DNA of 64,000 nt, from contig NC_047073.1 in assembly GCF_902459465.1 (NCBI RefSeq), positions 14,694,001-14,758,000 of the forward strand, given 5' to 3'. The translations under genes and the position numbers were made by a program. Source of the DNA: Asterias rubens. Its lineage: Eukaryota. Each line of letters opens with the position of its first letter. Within the stretch, counting starts at the first letter, position 1. Of the stretch, positions 62,453-64,000 are shown one piece after another. A model generated the notes under the pieces. That model saw only the letters and a list, made by a program, of their open reading frames with translations. It searched no databases and was not told where the DNA came from.

Positions 62453-63902
62453 GTTGCGTAGAGAACCCTACTGAAGTACTTTCGACGAGCAGTAGCGTCT
62501 AGACAAACAGTAAGTACAGTCTTTCTTATGATTTTTCTCCTGTAGATGATCAGCGTATATTAATAGAAACATGAGTCTTTAACCAATAGTTCTTTTCCGA
62601 ACCAACACTACTCATAAAGAGATTCACATAGTGTTATCGCAAAATGTTCTTATAGTTACAATTCCACCGTACAAAGTTTCAAATCCTACTAATGGTGGCA
62701 TGGTGGGCATCAAATAGGTGGGGGTGGGGGGGGGGGTGACAAGGGGAGGGGGGGTGACAAGGGGAGGGGGGGTGACAAGGGGAGGGGGGCACAATATCAA
62801 ATGTCCCCCCATCTTTTTGACCACCTTAATCATGAAGCCCAAGTATTGCACTGTGTAAGACCAACCCTGTGTCTCGCCATGGGCATTAATCCTGGGGGCT
62901 ATAAGGATGACACAACTTTTTAGAAGGGTGGGGGACACTATATCAAATGTCCCCCCTCAAAATTTACCAAAGATTGCACCACAGAGCATCTAAAATGCAG
63001 AATTTTCCCGTGCCTATATCCGCTTAGGGCTTAGATGAAGTGTCATTTTTAGTAACAATACAAAGTATGAGAATACTAGTGAATTCTTTTTTTAAACCCT
63101 GACTTGCAGCTGCCCCCAAGCCGGTTTCCAATGCATCAGCTTTCTACAGTAGAGGGCGCCAGATTGCTGGTTACTCTGCCACGGATGCATTGCTACAATC
63201 AAGGTGAGTTTATTGGTTTTTTTTTAAAGTGGGGCCTTAAAAAAACATGGTGTTTTTTATATGGCATTAGTTCTATTTGTCCTCACAACCTGATGTTGAT
63301 TTCTTTAGAGCACAACAACTTTTTTTTAATTCGGGAGACTTCTCTACTACCTCAGATTAGATTCTCTGAATGGACCCTACCCATGAAATATGCTAATTAC
63401 ATTCATGCATGCGTACAGACCCTGTTGGTTGCAGACGCGCAATCGCGTCTGCGTCACGCACCCATTAGCCATTTAAAAAAACAGCGCGATGCTCCCTCAT
63501 TTTGCCAACCAAAACGTTAGTGCGCACGCGCTATGTGCAATTTACATATTTCATGGAAAGGGTCTATTGGGGAGACTTCTCAGTTCTGAAAAGAACTGTC
63601 CTGCTTCTTAAATACTACCTAGGCAGAAGGTAGGAAATCTACCTAGCAAGTAGATACGCATGTTGTTATCGCTAACATTGATACCTAGGTTATTGATACC
63701 CCACCGTGCAATGCCTCAAGTCCCATATTCTTAATGTTGTTTGTCCCCTCAGGCAAACCAACTCTAACGTCACGGTAAAGCGTACCCCTGGATTCCTGAG
63801 CGTCTCTAACTCAAAGAGGTTGTACCCGATCACAAGCTACCCGGCTGGAGGCAGAAGAGCATCCCCACAGCAGTCAAAGACGTCTCAGATCAGTCTTCAA
63901 GG
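62453..63902 (+). other. Three exon-like segments of an unidentified transcript at the right edge
   Basis: TTTTTAG|62453-62509|GTAAGT, about 63150-63203|GTGAGT, and CTCAG|63753-63902|GTAGGT (open as QTNSNVTVKRTPGFLSVSNSKRLYPITSYPAGG...). The first segment has stops in all three frames, so it is UTR or non-coding. Confidence 0.3.
62717..62790 (+). repeat. G-rich 18-bp repeat (TGACAAGGGGAGGGGGGG)x3, G-quadruplex-prone
   Basis: TGACAA at 62737, 62755 and 62773 separated by G4/G7 runs. Confidence 0.8.
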
Positions 63903-64000
63903 GTAGGTCATTCACACACTTAAAAAAAAAAGTATTATTATTACTTTTTTACCCTTTCACCGATGTGTGTTAGCACTGTATACTCAGTACTTTGCCGATT

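Overview
Intron-rich animal genomic DNA. The gene set and repeat families suggest an invertebrate deuterostome, probably a sea star (inference; no search run). The left 36 kb holds five spliced genes in alternating orientation, reconstructed by hand from GT-AG boundaries with consistent phases: PRPF38A (-, runs off the left edge), ORC1 (+, 15 coding exons, about 1030 aa), TTC33 (-, 4 coding exons, 240 aa), PIF1 (+, 9 coding exons, 629 aa) and a PAXX-like NHEJ factor (-, last 4 exons found, 5' exons not found). The introns carry many MITEs, SINEs and LINE 3' fragments. The right half holds a 246-bp foldback element, a full-length intact RTE-clade LINE with an 11-bp TSD, and a 17-kb block of three near-adjacent tandem arrays. 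These are a 12-bp array (about 530 copies, giving huge low-complexity ORFs), a composite array whose monomers look like a 110-nt intron plus an exon containing a 29-bp VNTR (with a 2090-bp higher-order repeat), and a 59-bp satellite. A few orphan + strand exon-like segments flank the block. Best leads: the invertebrate PAXX-like gene, the intron/exon-like composite satellite, the (TTDA)n array, and the run of divergent gene pairs that each contain a DNA-metabolism gene.
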